This document shows positions 1 through 11,149 of a stretch of 64,000 nucleotides of DNA, one piece after another. Location of the stretch: NCBI GenBank assembly GCA_028534125.1, contig CM052818.1:15006001-15070000 (forward strand). The letters are read 5' to 3'. This stretch comes from Lama glama. Lineage: Eukaryota. A program made the position numbers and the translations under genes. Positions within the stretch are counted from its first letter, which is position 1; each line of letters starts with the position of its first letter. The notes under the pieces are model-generated. The model searched no databases. It was not told the DNA's origin and was given only the letters and a program-made list of their open reading frames with translations.

Positions 1-1747
1 TTTTCATTCAGGACTTTGAATATATCTTGCCACTCCCTTATGGCCTGCAGTGTTTGTGTAGAGAAATCAGCTGAGAGCCTTATGGGAATTCCGTTGTAAC
101 TCATTCTGTTTTTCTCTTGCTGCCTTTAGGATCATTTCTTTATCCTTGACTCTGACCATCTTGATTATATGTCTTGATGTGGGTCTGTCTGGGTTCTTCC
201 TGTTTGGGACCCTCCAAGCCTCCTGTACTTGGCTTCTATTTCATTTTTGACATATTTTATATCTCTAAACACTATTTCTTTTAGTTCCTTCAGTACTTTG
301 ATCAGTCCTTTTTTGAAATCTTGATCTAGTAGGCCATCAATGTCTATTTCCTTGATTGTGCTTTCAGGGGATTTCTCGTGATCTTTTAATTGGGAGTGGT
401 TCCTCTGCTTCTTCATATTGCTCATATCTGTCTGGCACTGTGGCTTAAGGAGTATCAGTTATCTAGTTCTCCTGGAGATGGTGTGCTGTTAATGATTTTA
501 TCAAGAGGTCTTTGTGTCTTTGCCCTGTTTCTCGAACTCAACTTGCTGTTTCCAGAGGCCCTCTGTTGATGCCCTCATCTGTGCTGCTTCCAGTTTCTGC
601 TGGCTAGCAGATTGCACCCCCTCCCAACACTGGGTCAGGTGCTGAGCTCTTACCCAGTGGGCAGGCGGGTCACTCCCCCTTCCCGATGTCACAGTCAGAT
701 GCTGCGCTCGGGTGAGGCAGGTGGGCGGATCGTGCCCCCTCCCAGCACCGTGGTCAGGTGCTGCAGTTCCTCCCAGGAAGGCAGGTGGCTGCCCGCCCTC
801 TCCCAGCTCCGGTTGCTCCGCTGCCCTGTGTAGCTGCCCACTCCACCTCGGGTCGCTGCTCTGAAAGTGGGCTCAGGGAAGACCGCAGAACGGCCCTGCC
901 TCTGCCCCATGCCAAATCTCAGCTCCTTGTTTGTCTTGGTAGCGCAAGAAAGATCCTATCTGCCTCGGGCTGTAAACAAGTCTCAGTCCTGCCTAGGAGG
1001 TTTCAGAGCCCCTGGGTGCAGATTCAGGGCTCAGCCCTGCTCCCGCCTGGGCGCTGCACACAGGAGGCTATGACACTGTGGTTTTGCCCTGCCTCTCTTC
1101 TCACGACAAGCGCCAGTAATGGCGGCACAGGTCTGAGGAGACAAAGGCTATGGTGTCCCTCTCCCCAGGGCACACCAGCAGTGTTGCTTTGCTTGTTTTG
1201 CAATTTATGGGGGACTGAGATGGTTCTGCTCTGTATCCCCTCCCAGCCACATCATGCAGCACCCTGCAGTCCCCTGAGGCTGCCTCAGTGCAGCTGCCCC
1301 AGTCCTCCGCCCAGCTCGGGCGGCCTGTCCCGGCCCCTAGCTGCCTACTTGCATCTCGGGCTGGGTGTCGTGGGGACCCTTTGTACCCGTTAAACTCAGT
1401 TCTGTCGGTCAAGGGGTGCTCGGGGCAGATCTGAGCCTCGGAGGCCCCCCTCAGTCCCACTGGCCTCTCCATTGGAGAGGAGAGACCCAGTGAATGAGCG
1501 CCAGCCCTCCTTTGCTGCACTGTCCCTTTGGGACCGTTCCCACACTGTTTTGCTTTTTCTTATTTCTTTTTTCCTTTTCTCCTACCAGATTTATGGCGTC
1601 TTTGTCTTTCGAAGAGGGCGATGTTCTGTCGGAGTACAGCAGGTGCTCTGGTTGGCTGAGTAGGTCCGTAGATATGTGTTTTGGTGTATTTGTAGGGGAG
1701 GGTGAGCTACAAGTGTCCTTCTACTCTGCCATCTTGCTTCTCTCTCC
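1..1747 (-). mobile_element. LINE-1 5' portion: GC-rich 5'UTR plus internally deleted ORF1; continues past the left window edge
   Basis: Minus strand starts GGAGAGAGAAGCAAGATGGCAGAGTAG (YY1-type AAGATGGC motif at the L1 5' end). ORF1 N-terminus MSNMKKQRNHSQLKDHEKSPE starts at 425. Bases 1-231 encode, with a frameshift, QEAWRVPNRKNPDRPTSRHIIKM..KDKEMILKAAREKQ..GIPIRLSADFSTQTLQAIREWQDIFKVL, the ORF1 RRM/CTD region. The 5' flank reads TTT/AAAATAGAGGGTATA on the minus strand, an L1 endonuclease-like site. Confidence 0.93.
601..830. repeat. About 60-bp degenerate tandem repeat (about 4 units) in the L1 5'UTR
   Basis: The motif gcagg...ccc(c)tccca...gtcagrtgctg recurs with a period of about 60 nt at roughly 601, 661, 717 and 781. 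Confidence 0.75.
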
Positions 1748-2818
1748 TATACCCTCTATTTTAAATTTCTTCACCTCCATTAAATATTTTAAAAGCAAAT
1801 CAGTATGTCACTTGTATTTCAAAAAAAAAAGTTTCTTTTCTCAGTGTAGGGTTTACACTCATACTTTTCTTAGATTCCTTAAACTTAACACCTGACTAAC
1901 ATCTCTTCTCTGAGGAATGACAGTCTGAGTTATGTGTGTGTGATGAGAGCACAGTGAGAGAGAATGGTTTGGAACTGAGGTCCAAACGCTATAGAGACTT
2001 ACAGTTTTGCTGACAAAAGTAAATTATGTTGTAGGTAACTCAGTACTTTCATGATTCTTGCTAGCTGGGAAGCTCCAATCCTAGCTTCTCTAATTCAGTA
2101 TTGTTTAACTTGTCCATTTTAGTCATGTTTCTCCATCCCAGGGAAATGAGTATCTATCCCTGGGCTTTTTGGAACATGGTCTCCCTGTAAATGATGGTAT
2201 ACCGCACGTGTATTTTCTAGTCTGACTTCTCACTGAAAGCCTGGAAAGACATACAAACGGGAATCCCAAAGTAATCCTCCCCCCTTGATATTTCATAACA
2301 TAATTGTATATAAAATGGAAGAAGAATCACTTTGGGGAGTTACAAATTCCTTTTGACGTAGGTATGTCTGTAAAATGAAAGGCTGGATCTCTGAATTCAC
2401 CTGTGTGATTCTGACCTATGTTATGTGAATCTTGGATAGGCTTATTATATTTGTGGGAATTTGTATGCATCTATCATAATTGACATCTCTATGTAACAAG
2501 TCACATACTACTTCATTATAAAAAAAGTTTATCTAATTTACCTCCTGGAAAAAAAGATGCAGGATAGTGAAGATGGGTTTTTAAATATATTGTAGAAAGA
2601 TCTTGTGCTTTAGCAGAGACACAGGTTTCTGCTACTTACTAGATATGTAGCTGGGCAAGTTACTATGGAAACAAGCTCAGAGGATGCTTCCACGTGTAAA
2701 GTTCCTAGTACATCCTTATGAGACATTCATTAATGAGTATTAGTGTACCCTTCCTGTTGTACAGGACAAATGAAATGCCTTCTTGAAAGCTAATATTCAA
2801 ATGTTGGAAAATATTTTA

Positions 2819-2987
2819 TTTTATTATTAGTTAAAAAAATTTTGGGGGGGGAATGTAATTAGGTTTATTTATTTATTTCAATTATTATCATTATTTTCAA
2901 TAATAATAGGTAGGTACTGGGGATTGAACCCAGGACCTCGTTTGTGCAAAGCATGGTCTCTACCACTGAGCTACACCCTCCCTGCCA
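2819..2987 (-). mobile_element. tRNA-derived SINE (camelid Vic-1-like)
   Basis: Minus strand has an A box (TAGCTCAGTGG), a B box (GGTTCAATCC), and an AATAAACCTAATTAC..CCCC tail. TSD gaaaatatttta at 2807-2818 and 2988-2999. Confidence 0.85.
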
Positions 2988-3105
2988 GAAAATATTTTAA
3001 ATAGTTATGTAGGTGAGTAAATTATCAAGTAAAGTGTGAATAAATTTAAAAAAACATGAAAAAGACTACTGTTCCCACTTTGTAGGACAGCTTTATTTTA
3101 TTTTA

Positions 3106-3222
3106 TTTTATATTTTATTTTATTATTGTAATTTTTTTGAGTTTAGGAGAAAAGAGGCAATTTTATTGCTTTGTCTGGCAAAGGGGGCTCACAGCAGGCT
3201 AGTGCCTTCAAAACTGTGAACC
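3106..3222 (-). mobile_element. Short polyadenylated retrocopy with TSDs, body LTR-like
   Basis: About 85-nt body with AATAAA on the minus strand (3162-3167) about 23 nt before an A-rich tail. Flanks are cagctttattttatttta (3088-3105) and cagctttactttatttta (3223-3240). Confidence 0.7.
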
Positions 3223-3759
3223 CAGCTTTACTTTATTTTATGTGAAAAACCTCTATACTAATTATTAGTTTCATGTTAGATTTAATGTGATATTGAAATT
3301 CTTTTCATGTTGAAAGATTTCAGAGAGACCATATATCCTGCTGAAAAAGAAATCACCTATAATAAATAATCTGACTAGTTTGAATCAAAGTTACTTCTAC
3401 CTGAGTTAATAATGTGCATTTATGTTTCCTACTTGAGTAGAATCATCACTATTCAGTGGATACCTTTGTTAGGTGACAAGATATAAGAAGGAAAAAAAAA
3501 AAGCTGTGTAGCAAACGATCAGGTAATGCCACTTCTTACTGTAAAAAATTAAAATTCTAAAGGCCATTTCAAACACCAAACTTTCATTATATATATTTCT
3601 GTTAATTTGTAATGTAAAAAAGCCCATCTTTTTTTTTTTCTAAGTTTCAGTACAAGATTAATACAAAGTGAAGGACAGACTACGCTGTTAGTGATCTGTA
3701 TAATGTAATTTGTGCTTTTTTTTAGCTGAAAGGGTTTTTTTTCCATGTAGTAAAGTAAA

Positions 3760-3765
3760 TTTATT
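3760..3765 (-). terminator. CHAC2: Candidate CHAC2 polyadenylation signal
   Basis: AATAAA on the minus strand about 630 nt after the stop codon. A more proximal AATAAA lies at 4075-4080. Confidence 0.5.
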
Positions 3766-4390
3766 CAAAAAGGAGAGGTATAGTACATTATAATTCCAAG
3801 GAAATTTTTATATTAAAATGCTGGGGGTTTTTTGGCTTAAATTGGAAAGGGTCTCATTTAATACCTAAACAAGGAAATTAACAATCAAGGCTGAAATCTT
3901 GTCTACATTACTGTACATTTCTAATTAAACATTATTTTAAGCTTTTATATTTTAAACCATGGTTACAGAGTTAATGTATGGAAGATATTGAAGGTATAAC
4001 CTTATTTACTGGACTTTTGGTTTAATTCTCAAGAACTTCAAAATTGCACTGTGATATGAAACAACAGAATTACATTTATTCAGATAAAAACAGGTTCCAA
4101 AATAACTCTCATTATATTAACGAAGAACTCACTTCTCATGAGCAAGTATTAAATTTCATATAATTGGAGAATCATTATATTATTGAAACTTGAATTTTTT
4201 CGTTAACTATACCCCAATATTTTGAATATGTGCTTCAAGCCACTTGCAGTTAAACTATAAATTTTGAAGATAATTTGACTACAACATTAAACACAAATAA
4301 GATCTTCAGATAAACACATTTACAAATTATATTGCCATTGTACTGTTAAGCTGTTTTCTGAAGACTAAAAGCTCTGCTTGTTTGGAAAAG

Positions 4391-4789
4391 TCAATGATTA
4401 GGTCTTTTTAAGCAGTTGAGGTTCTGTTTTCCTTCTAAACGTTCCTTTACTAATTTTTCCAAAGAGAAAAGATGCTCATCTGCATCTTCTGGTACAAGTT
4501 TTCTAATAGAGTTTGCAAGTTCAAAAAGATATTCTATATTTCTTCCACTTGGACCAACTGCATTAAAAATTTGTTCAGCGATTTCTTCCAGAGGTGCGGG
4601 ACCAAGATAATTAGGGTTATCACATGTTCCAATATATAGCAACACAGCGAATGGTTTTGTTGTGGAATCTTTGGGATAAAAATCAACTGTTGTGGTCCTG
4701 TACCCTCCTTTCTCTCTGAAATCAAGGTATGCTTTTACTTCTTCTTCCTTTCCTGTTGGCAGTTTGTAAGCAACACCCCATACACAACC
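4391..4789 (-). CDS. CHAC2: CHAC2 coding exon 3 (last)
   Basis: Acceptor tttatttacag|GGT. Encodes [45 protein letters not shown]. 399 nt, phase 0; ChaC-family LDxRE and GPSGxNxEYL motifs. Confidence 0.97.
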   Translation of the reverse strand, partial: GCVWGVAYKLPTGKEEEVKAYLDFREKGGYRTTTVDFYPKDSTTKPFAVLLYIGTCDNPNYLGPAPLEEIAEQIFNAVGPSGRNIEYLFELANSIRKLVPEDADEHLFSLEKLVKERLEGKQNLNCLKRPNH

Positions 4790-5357
4790 CTGTAAATAAA
4801 TAAAAAGAATATATTATTTCGTATTTACAAGGCTAAAATAGGTGAAGATATATTATGATCTAAGAAAGTATCTTGTATATCCTTAGAAATCAGCACTGTT
4901 TTGCTTCACTGAAAGTGCACTGAAGAGGTATATATTAAACAATAAAGAAACTCAACACTTTAAATTTTTCAATCTGAGTAAATGACTTTCTTGCACACCA
5001 GGATATTTATCTTTGTTTACATTTTTAAAATTATGGGACTCATTGTAAACTTACGAGATTGAAATGAAGAAAAAATACCAGGCCTGCATTTGGTCATTAA
5101 AAATACAGTTCTGAAGCTTTAAATCTATAAACATCTCATTGATGGTATAGGGCAGTAGTTTCCAAATTGCTTCATGGAGTGTTGTAGCCACCCTAAAGCC
5201 TAACTCAGGGCTGTCCGGATGTAAGTATTGGGGGGCTGGCTGCAAGGGCTTTGACCCCCAACCCTCTTCAGCTGGAGTTGAACATCACTTATCTCTTTAT
5301 GCATTAGGTGTTCCCCTGTTTGCAGAAAGGGTTCTGTGTTTTAAAACCTCTGTAATA

Positions 5358-5424
5358 TAGTAGTAGTAGTCGTTGTCATCGTCATAGTAATAATAATAAT
5401 AACAACAACAACAATAATAATAAT
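5358..5424. repeat. Compound trinucleotide microsatellite (TAG)n..(TAA)n(CAA)n(TAA)n
   Basis: Directly visible in the sequence. Confidence 0.85.
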
Positions 5425-6431
5425 ATACTATTAAGGCCATAGCAGTTTCATTTATTTGTTCATTTCTTTACTGCCAGACTTATATCCTTCGTAAATTACT
5501 TCATCCAGAACACTAAATGGCAGTCTTTTTGTCAAAATAGCCTATGAACAGTGTCAGCAAAAGCAATGTACTTTAGCTATAAAGATTTTTGGTCGTACTA
5601 ATAAAAGATGTGATATAAGCAAGGTTTATAGTTTGTAACAAATTTTCTAGTTTCTTGACAACTTTTAATTATTTAATTATTAAACTTCAGGTTGCTAAGC
5701 ATCTTCTTGAATGAATTAACGTTCTATAGAAACAAAGTGCCTTTTATTAACTTCAGTTAGGAGTTTGTTACCATTTGAATGTAAATGAAAGCATTTTATA
5801 ATTTCACGTTATTCATTTGCTGTTGCTAGCAGCTTGATTTTTATATATCAGAGTCCTTTCTGAAGTTAAATGTTTAATTTCACAATACAAAATTTTGAAC
5901 CTATACCTCAATAAAATGATTGAAAATATTTAAGAAACAGAGGACTACAGGTAAATAAGTCTTCTAGTGCTTCAAACCTTTAAGGAAACCTGTTGTGTTA
6001 TTCATAAAGTTAGGCAATAAAGAAAGTGATAATTCATGACTGGAATTTTTGGTGAAATATTAGACTTCTAGCAAATGTCAGGAGATCTTTAAGGGTCCCA
6101 TTTGAATCTTAGTGGTAGTCTGGCTGTCTGAGGGCTGGCTCCATTTATATCAAAGGGAACCACAAAATTCTCAGTCTACAAACTCATTAAGAAAGAAAAA
6201 ATGAGACTACATGCCATTGGTTTTATTTGGCTGTCTACCTTACATTCTGCATTCCAGCTTTTCCCAACAGGTGAAAAGAAATACAGCAAATACATCAGGA
6301 GTTCTAGACTTAAGTGTAGTTCAAGTTGTCTGTGATGACTGTTAATTAAAATTTCATTGATTATTAAAACTGAGAAACAGCTTAACATTTTATGATTAAA
6401 GGCTATACAAAAAAGAGTAATTATACCATAC

Positions 6432-6467
6432 CCGAGGATCTTCAACAAGAGTCACAACTCTTCCAGG
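6432..6467 (-). CDS. CHAC2: CHAC2 coding exon 2 (36-nt micro-exon)
   Basis: tttttttaaaacag|CCTGGAAGAGTTGTGACTCTTGTTGAAGATCCTCGG|gtatgg encodes PGRVVTLVEDPR, the conserved ChaC PGRVVTL motif. Missed by the ORF track. Confidence 0.96.
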
Positions 6468-6894
6468 CTGTTTTAAAAAAAAGTAAAAAAAAAATTTTTT
6501 TTTCTGAATTAAAGTTCATTCTCTAACCGAGCTTTAGCAACTTACTGTTGACATGGGATATTTTAAGTTCATATACTCATACTAAGCACTTTTTGAAAAG
6601 TACTTATTTTTATGATAAATTTTAAAGTGAATTAGGAGAAATATGCCTTATCCAAACGAACTTGGTCTTCCTAAAAGATTCTCTTTAATTTGTATGTAAT
6701 AAGTATATTATGTTCACTTAGAATGGATATATTAAAAAACACGTATCTGCCTAAGGCTCATCTAAAATGAAAAGCAAAAGCAAAAAGTAATTATAAATAG
6801 AAGTTCTGGTCAATTTTTTCTCTTTAGAAAAAAAAGATTGTTACAGTTTTACTGGGTAACAAAACATGACATTTTAGCATGCTTCCCTATAGGG

Positions 6895-6985
6895 AAGTGG
6901 TTCTCAAACTTAGGTGTAGATCAGAATTACTTGGAAGTAGTTCCTGATTCTATAGGTCTGGAGCTGTCTGAGAATTTACGTTAAA
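6895..6985. mobile_element. MER5A-like hAT-Charlie fragment
   Basis: gtggttctcaaactt..tcagaattacttgga..ctgattc..taggtctgg resembles the recalled MER5A consensus. Confidence 0.5.
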
Positions 6986-7419
6986 AAAAAAATACAATTC
7001 CTACCTGGTGTCAAAGGCTGTGTACCTCCTGATATGTTATCATTAGTGAGAAAGCTAAATTGCAAGCCATAAATTTACCTTCTCATATGCCTATTGTCTG
7101 GCACACAGTGAGCCTTTATATTTCAGATATTTGTGTCATCTTTGTTGCTATTTCCTTTTAGTCTTTGTCCATTGGTATAGATAATTCATAATCATGGAAC
7201 ACATGGGATTTTGAATTATGTTTTTTTTTTAATTATACTTTCCTGTTAGCCTTCTCATACATTTTAAAAGTTGCATAATATTCTACCATCAATGAACTAT
7301 AAACATTCCTGTGTTTTTTGGACATTTATATTTGACTAGTTTTCTATTTAATAGTGCTACAGTGAGGATACTACAGTGTGGGTCATTGCCATATTACCTT
7401 CAGTTTCAAAGTGAATTTG

Positions 7420-8545
7420 GAGCGATTTATTGAATACCTATACTCTGTGTTGTAGAGAAGATAAAACCTTGATTCTCGTTTAAGAGGTTATATTATAATT
7501 CTGGAATATGAAGTTACATGTGAAATAGAGAATACTTAAGGGCTATGATGTATAGTATGTGTTAAGTGCAATAAGAATTCTGAGTCTTGGCTGGTCAGAA
7601 AGGAAGACAAAATTCTGGCAAAAGGGCACTGTGACTCATGATTTATGAGTGAGGGTCTAGAAGCAGGATTATACCAGGACAAGTGTCTGATTTTAGCAGA
7701 GGGTCCTCCACTGTATGGACAATGACTCACAAAGATAACTGGAGAAATAGGATAGAGTCAGATTTGAAAAGCCAAAGATTGGAGTTGAAATTAGAGAACA
7801 GTGGAAAATAAGCCACTGAAATTTGGGAAAAATAGGAAATGAGGAGCTACTATAGCACTTGAATAGTAGGTGACTGACATGATAAAAGATGAGCTTTTGG
7901 GAAGATCAGCGTGGTAAAGTGTATAGTATGCAAATTTTGAGTCGGAATGAGGTAGACTTTGAGTAAGAAATGTTTGTGGTCCAGGTGGCAAGTTCTGCAC
8001 TCTACCCTTCCTTGCCTCCCTTTTCATCCAGCCCAGTCACCAGTTCTTGGTAGCCCCATCTTCTGAATCTGGATTCTCTTCATTCTGCAGTTGCCTCCTT
8101 AGGGATTTTGCTGCCTACCTCCAGTCTGTTCTCTACTTGGCCCTAGAATGACTTTCTAGTGCAAAAATTAGGCTACTCCTGTGCTTTGAATTTTTCAGGG
8201 TTGTAATATTCTACAGGTTAAAAGAAAAGTTCCTTAGCATGAGTTAATTACAGCCCTCATTTCTTACCACTTTCCCTCTGAAGCTGTACTGAATTATTTA
8301 TAACTTTTACAAACATTCATATTTTTGGATATACCAGTACCCTGTGTGGAATGCTCTTCCTTTAGATTCCCTTGGATATCCTCCTGCCACTGTCTCCATA
8401 AATGCTTGGCTGTCTTCCCAGATGACTTTACAGCAGCTCCTTCTAAACTCTCATTGCCTCTTTCATTCTTCCTTACAGCACTTATCAGGTATTGTTTGCA
8501 TAGGTGTATCCCACTTATATGTGAGTGCTCAGTAGTAATTGTTGA
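7420..8545. mobile_element. Degenerate L2 fragments, two opposed pieces
   Basis: L2-type ends atttattgaataccta (about 7426) and gtgctcagtagtaattgttgaa (about 8525), with a purine-rich then pyrimidine-rich body. Confidence 0.45.
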
Positions 8546-11149
8546 AAGGAGAAGAGGTAAAGTCCTAGATGTAGGTGGTGGCAGTTGAAACAGAAAACAA
8601 AGAGTGTACATACAGGGAGTCATTAAGGGAAAATAAATGGATTCCTGTGACTGCTTATGGATGATACAGACATGGACTATTGGCACTACTGATATATTTA
8701 CTCAGAAATACTTCCTAAAACTTAAGCTCTTTGTTCCTAAAATAAATATGTTACTGAGAAACAATATAAATTTGCAAACATACTTAAATTGTTTTTTTGG
8801 GGGGGCAGTGAAACTGAAGGAGGGGTCTTGGAAACTGAAAGGGATTGAAAAATGTGAAATATGAGTAATGATGGGTGCTTTGATTGGGTAATGAGTGATG
8901 TTTCTGATCTAGATCTAGAAAAGTTAGGGATTTAGTAAATGTTCATGACCATCTCTCATGTTAAACTGTTTTCTTTTTTTGAAATTGAAATATATTCTCT
9001 CTGATGAGAAAAATTTTCACATTTAAATATATCCTTAATTTGATGAGAAATTGCCAGTTTTGTTATAAATAAATGAGATTTTAATTAAACTTAGGAAGAT
9101 ATAAAAGTTTAATAAAGCTAAAAAGAAAGCATAATTTAGTCAAGCAAGTAGGTTTGGTATTTTTCCTATAAATGTCACATTGCAGTATGTGGAAATGAGA
9201 CTAATATTTGTTTAATAATACCACATTTCATATGTAATGATGATTAACTCACCAGGAGCATATGTTACAGTAAAAAACACAGTCCTGTATCGCATCTATA
9301 TCATTCTTTTAATTTGCTAGATATTTCTGTAGCCTTTTGTATTCTTGTTTGTCAGACAGTTAATATTTATATAAGGCTGGTGATCCATTATAAAAAAACG
9401 TGAAGTAAAATAATAATGTTCTCAATTTTTTTTTTTAAAACATAATAGTAGACTTAGAAAATGTGTAGTGTCTGGGCTTTCCTTTAATTTGCTATGATGG
9501 ATTCTTTAAATAAAAATAGCTGTCAAACTATTAGCCATTGCAGTTTTTTCCCCCAACTTTTCCTATATTTTAGTACATTTAAATAAAAAGAGAGATGTTG
9601 GCTTTTATAGCTACCTTTTATAGCTGGCTTTTAAAAACTCATGAACTGTTGTAGTGACTTGGCAGTTTCTTATCACAAGTTCGTTGACAGTGTACACATC
9701 TCAGTGTGCTATGTAACAAACATAAACATTTTGGTTGAGACTAGAGTAGTAAAATATGCCATAAGCATATTCGTAAGTATTTAATTCATTAAATTTAAAT
9801 TTAAGTCATTAAAATTGAAGCCTGGGCTAAAGCTTTCCTCTTCAGAATAGCAATTTTAAGTGCTCATATCTGACAACTCAAAAGGCATTTTATTTAACTT
9901 AGTTCTTTAAAGTTTTAAATACTGTTTTATAACAGTCTTAGAGATACTTTGGCCATGAAGTTTCTGTTGGCCTATAAATATGTATTTGCCCTAAATCACT
10001 GCCCTGTTTTCAAGTCATCTTGTCTACCTAAAGCCAAATTCTTAATTCATCGACTCTAGAATCACTTATAACTTTTTGCGATTTTTTTGGTTTTAATCTT
10101 GTGTCTCATTTATGAGCAGTTGCAGACTACAGCCTTATTCTCTTCTCCTTTCCATGATGCATGCCTACAGACATTTCTTTGGAATTAACCCCAATCTCTT
10201 TCTACATCTGATTTCTAGCATTTTAAATATTGTGTCTTTAGACCAAAATTAAATTCTCTTTTAAAAGGTGGTAATCAAGCTTCTATAGAGTATTTTCGAG
10301 AACATATAAGCAATTAAAAATTTTTCTACTCTTCTAAAAGTTAGGAGGTTAACTATAAAAAGTGTTCAGTTTATCAAAATTATCAGTTACACCAAATTTA
10401 ATTTTCCTTACAGATTAGTTGTTTTGCAGCCAATGCAAGGCAGATTTGCATAAGCAGTGGGCTGCTACTTTCTCTACACATATATTATGAATGTCTTTGA
10501 ATGAATGACTGAAAAATGGATCAGGTAACTTACATTTCATATTCATAATTTAGAGGAGAACCACTGAGGAAAAAAAACATTGAAGTAATGCTGGATAAGA
10601 TATTGGTACTATGTTACTCAGGTAACAAACCAAGACTCATTTAACTTCAGAAGTACCTGACAACCAATGTGATCAAAGTAAACTCCTTAATAACTGGAGG
10701 TAATTTTGGAAACTAGTTCTGTGACCTTAGGTGTCATACAATAAAATCTTTGGAAAGATTTAAAGAAACCCCAGAAATAACGTGCACCTTTAAACTGAAG
10801 CCAATGAAAGTCTGCCAGAATGCTGAAATGCCAACAAACTTAATTGCTAAAAAGATGAATTTGCTAGTTGATTTTAGTGTTTCAACTCTGTGGTGACACG
10901 AAAACTTATCTCCTGCCTTTTGGAGGAGGGGGCAGTGGTTGCTAAGAGATGGGACCCCCTCCTAGCACGTCAGCCTTGTGCGAGCTTGTGCCCACATTTC
11001 TTACCTCCTCAAGGACTAACCCCCAGCATCTCAAGCGGCTTCGGAAAGAGTGCGCTTGGCTTGGGAGAGAGTAGGGGGCAGGTGGCCAAGGAAGGTGCAC
11101 AGATGTAACACATCATCCCTAACCTACATGATCGGTGCCTGACGTTGGG

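Noticed and set aside
601..830. Regularly spaced repeats resembling a CRISPR array
   Set aside because: The units are degenerate along their whole length with no unique spacers, lie inside an L1 5'UTR in mammalian DNA, and have no cas genes nearby.
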